Origin: Camelus ferus
Taxonomy: Eukaryota
Length of the DNA stretch: 64,000 bases
Direction of reading: 5' to 3'
NCBI RefSeq assembly: GCF_009834535.1
Contig: NC_045709.1
Coordinates: 35,154,001-35,218,000 of the forward strand
Shown here: one piece after another, positions 62,081 to 64,000 of the stretch
Numbering within the stretch: position 1 is the first letter of the stretch
Layout of the letters: the number at the start of each line of letters is the position of its first letter
Notes under the pieces: generated by a model
Seen by the model: the letters and a program-made list of their open reading frames with translations, nothing else
Told to the model about the DNA's origin: nothing
The model's database searches: none
Program-made: the position numbers and the translations under genes

Positions 62081-63699
62081 CCTAGGACCGCAGAATGGAA
62101 GGCAAGGGAAATAAATGAGTAGGCTGTGTCTTCTGCCTTCAGTGAAGATGGCTTTCTCTTCCAAAGACTTCCTTTAGCATAGAAAATAGAAAAGGAGCCC
62201 AAATCCCAGAAAAGTGCACCAAAACCCAAAAAAGTTCAAGAAAAATAACTAACTAGGAGTCAATTCCAGAGACAGACATTTGTCAGGGAGCTGACAAAGA
62301 ATACTCTCGGCTCATAGAAAGAAGAATGCAGGCGATGAGGTGGGAGAGGACTGGGTACACACTGCTACACACGACTTACGGGCAAAAACTAAGTAAAGAC
62401 AACATCTCCCAGGAGACAGAGTTAACGGCCACAACAGGGACTTTTTGTTCAGAGGTTCTTCGGCCTCTGTATGGGGGATGGCTCCTCCAGAACTGTGGGA
62501 CCGGGAAGGTGGGGGCATTGCTATCCTGAAAGCAGTGGGGGAAGGGATGGCAGGCTGGGGGTGGGGGAGGCCCCAGGAGCTCTGCTGCAGAGACCAACGC
62601 GGGAGTGTTACTTTCCTCCCACATAGAAAGGAGCCAGCGACTTTGAGAACCCTGAAAACCAGGGCAACACCAGGCTGAGCATGCCTCTTCTGCCTCTTGC
62701 TCTTGAACCAAGAAGTGTGAGTTCTGACTGCTCTCCTTCCCCATCCCACCCTGAAGGAACATTCCTTGGGATGTCTACACAGAATCTGAGTAACTGAAAA
62801 TACAACTGCTTGTTGTTTTTCAGGAAGAATGCCAAGTGATTAGGGCTTACGTTTTGAAACATGGCACAAGATGAGTGTGCAGTTGTGTACATACACGCAT
62901 ACTTTTCTAAGAGTGTTTTCATGATTCTGAGAATTACTGGGTGTAAATAAATACCATCAGCCACATTCCTCTGTTCAGCCTACTCCAGTCCCTCCCCCTC
63001 CTCTCTCCTGACCCACCCATCCTCCCCTACGAATAAGCTCTCTGTAAAGCAGCACAATTGGAAATGTCCAATGAGACACTTTGGTGCAAGCGAATGGAGG
63101 ATATTAATTCTCCCTCTCTCCTGTAATCAGAACTGCAGTCTGGAACTAGAATGTTGATGCAGAGCATTGGCAAAGTAGGTTGCAAGAATAGACAATTTAA
63201 AATCAGGCTGGACAAAGACCTCCCTAGAACACTGCTAGGTCTACTGTGTCAGTAAAGGTCACGGGAGGCAGAGGATGCTACGGAAAAATGCAGCGAGGTA
63301 CCCAGGATACCTGCAAGGTGGTGGAAAGACAAAGCCATTAGTTCTTAAGCCACAAGGGGCTTTAATTCTCAAATCCACCACCTATGTGACTGGCTCCAAG
63401 GTTTAGCTGCACTTTCAGTTACTAATGGGATTTCAGTAATTACAGGACGAACGTAGCAACTTCAGTTTTCCCAAGCACCTACAGCATCCTCAGTGAATTG
63501 TTTTACTGACATTAAAAGCAGTGCTTATGAAAACTTTACAACGTGGGAAAGTAATTATTATGGATATAAAGTGATTAGGCCTTAACAATGTATCCTGGTT
63601 GAAAATCACCCTGGGGTGTGGGGACGGTCAGATTAGGTTGAAGCTGGTGTAGCTCCAGCAGGAAAAGCAAATGGAATGAATGAGTGACCAGGTATATAA

Positions 63700-64000
63700 G
63701 CTGTATCAATAGTTTACCAAATGTTTTCCTAATGCTTTGTTTATCTTCATGTTTAGAACTAAAGCTTTTATCCATCTCATAATTTTTCTTGTATCTGGTA
63801 TAAGATGAAAAAATTAAATTTCCCCTCCAAATGGACAGCTAAGTAGGCCAGCAACATTTATTAAAGAAACCATTCTTTTCCCATCAATTTAAGTGCACTT
63901 TTACCATATACAATTTCCCAGATGCACCCAGACGCTTGGTTCTATTTCTGTGTCAGGATCTGCTGTTTTAATTATAGTGGCTCCAAAATTCTAACATCTG
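63700..64000 (-). mobile_element. Old L1M fragment
   Basis: tttatccatctcataatttttcttgtatctggtataagatga...ccagcaacatttattaaagaaaccattcttttccc...tatagtggct. Confidence 0.6.

Noticed and set aside
1-64000. The roughly 200 ORFs of 60-190 aa in the six-frame track
   Set aside because: Apart from L1 ORF2 none resembles a protein family I recognise; many lie inside SINE, L2, LTR or MITE sequence, and their lengths are what chance gives in mammalian DNA

Overview
This is mammalian genomic DNA, most likely camelid (camel, llama or alpaca). The evidence is nine copies of a tRNA-derived Vic-1-type SINE alongside ancient eutherian repeats (L2, MIR, MER3/5/33/58, Tigger, MLT1/MLT2, L1M). There is no CpG island, no prokaryotic-type system and no long cellular CDS; the only ORFs I can recognise are the disrupted end of a LINE-1 ORF2. 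The window looks like intronic DNA of a large minus-strand gene that I could not name. Motif-only predictions point to a 15-nt in-frame microexon (1063-1077) and several possible alternative last exons with poly(A) signals (about 60958, 26548, 20322 and 8226), all on the minus strand. The best regulatory lead is a pair of MER41-like ERV1 solo LTRs that both keep a GAS/STAT motif, one of them lying near IRF and NF-kB motifs. Repeat family names come from my recollection of consensus sequences, not from a database search. There are two assembly gaps (28775-28925 and 56909-57050).
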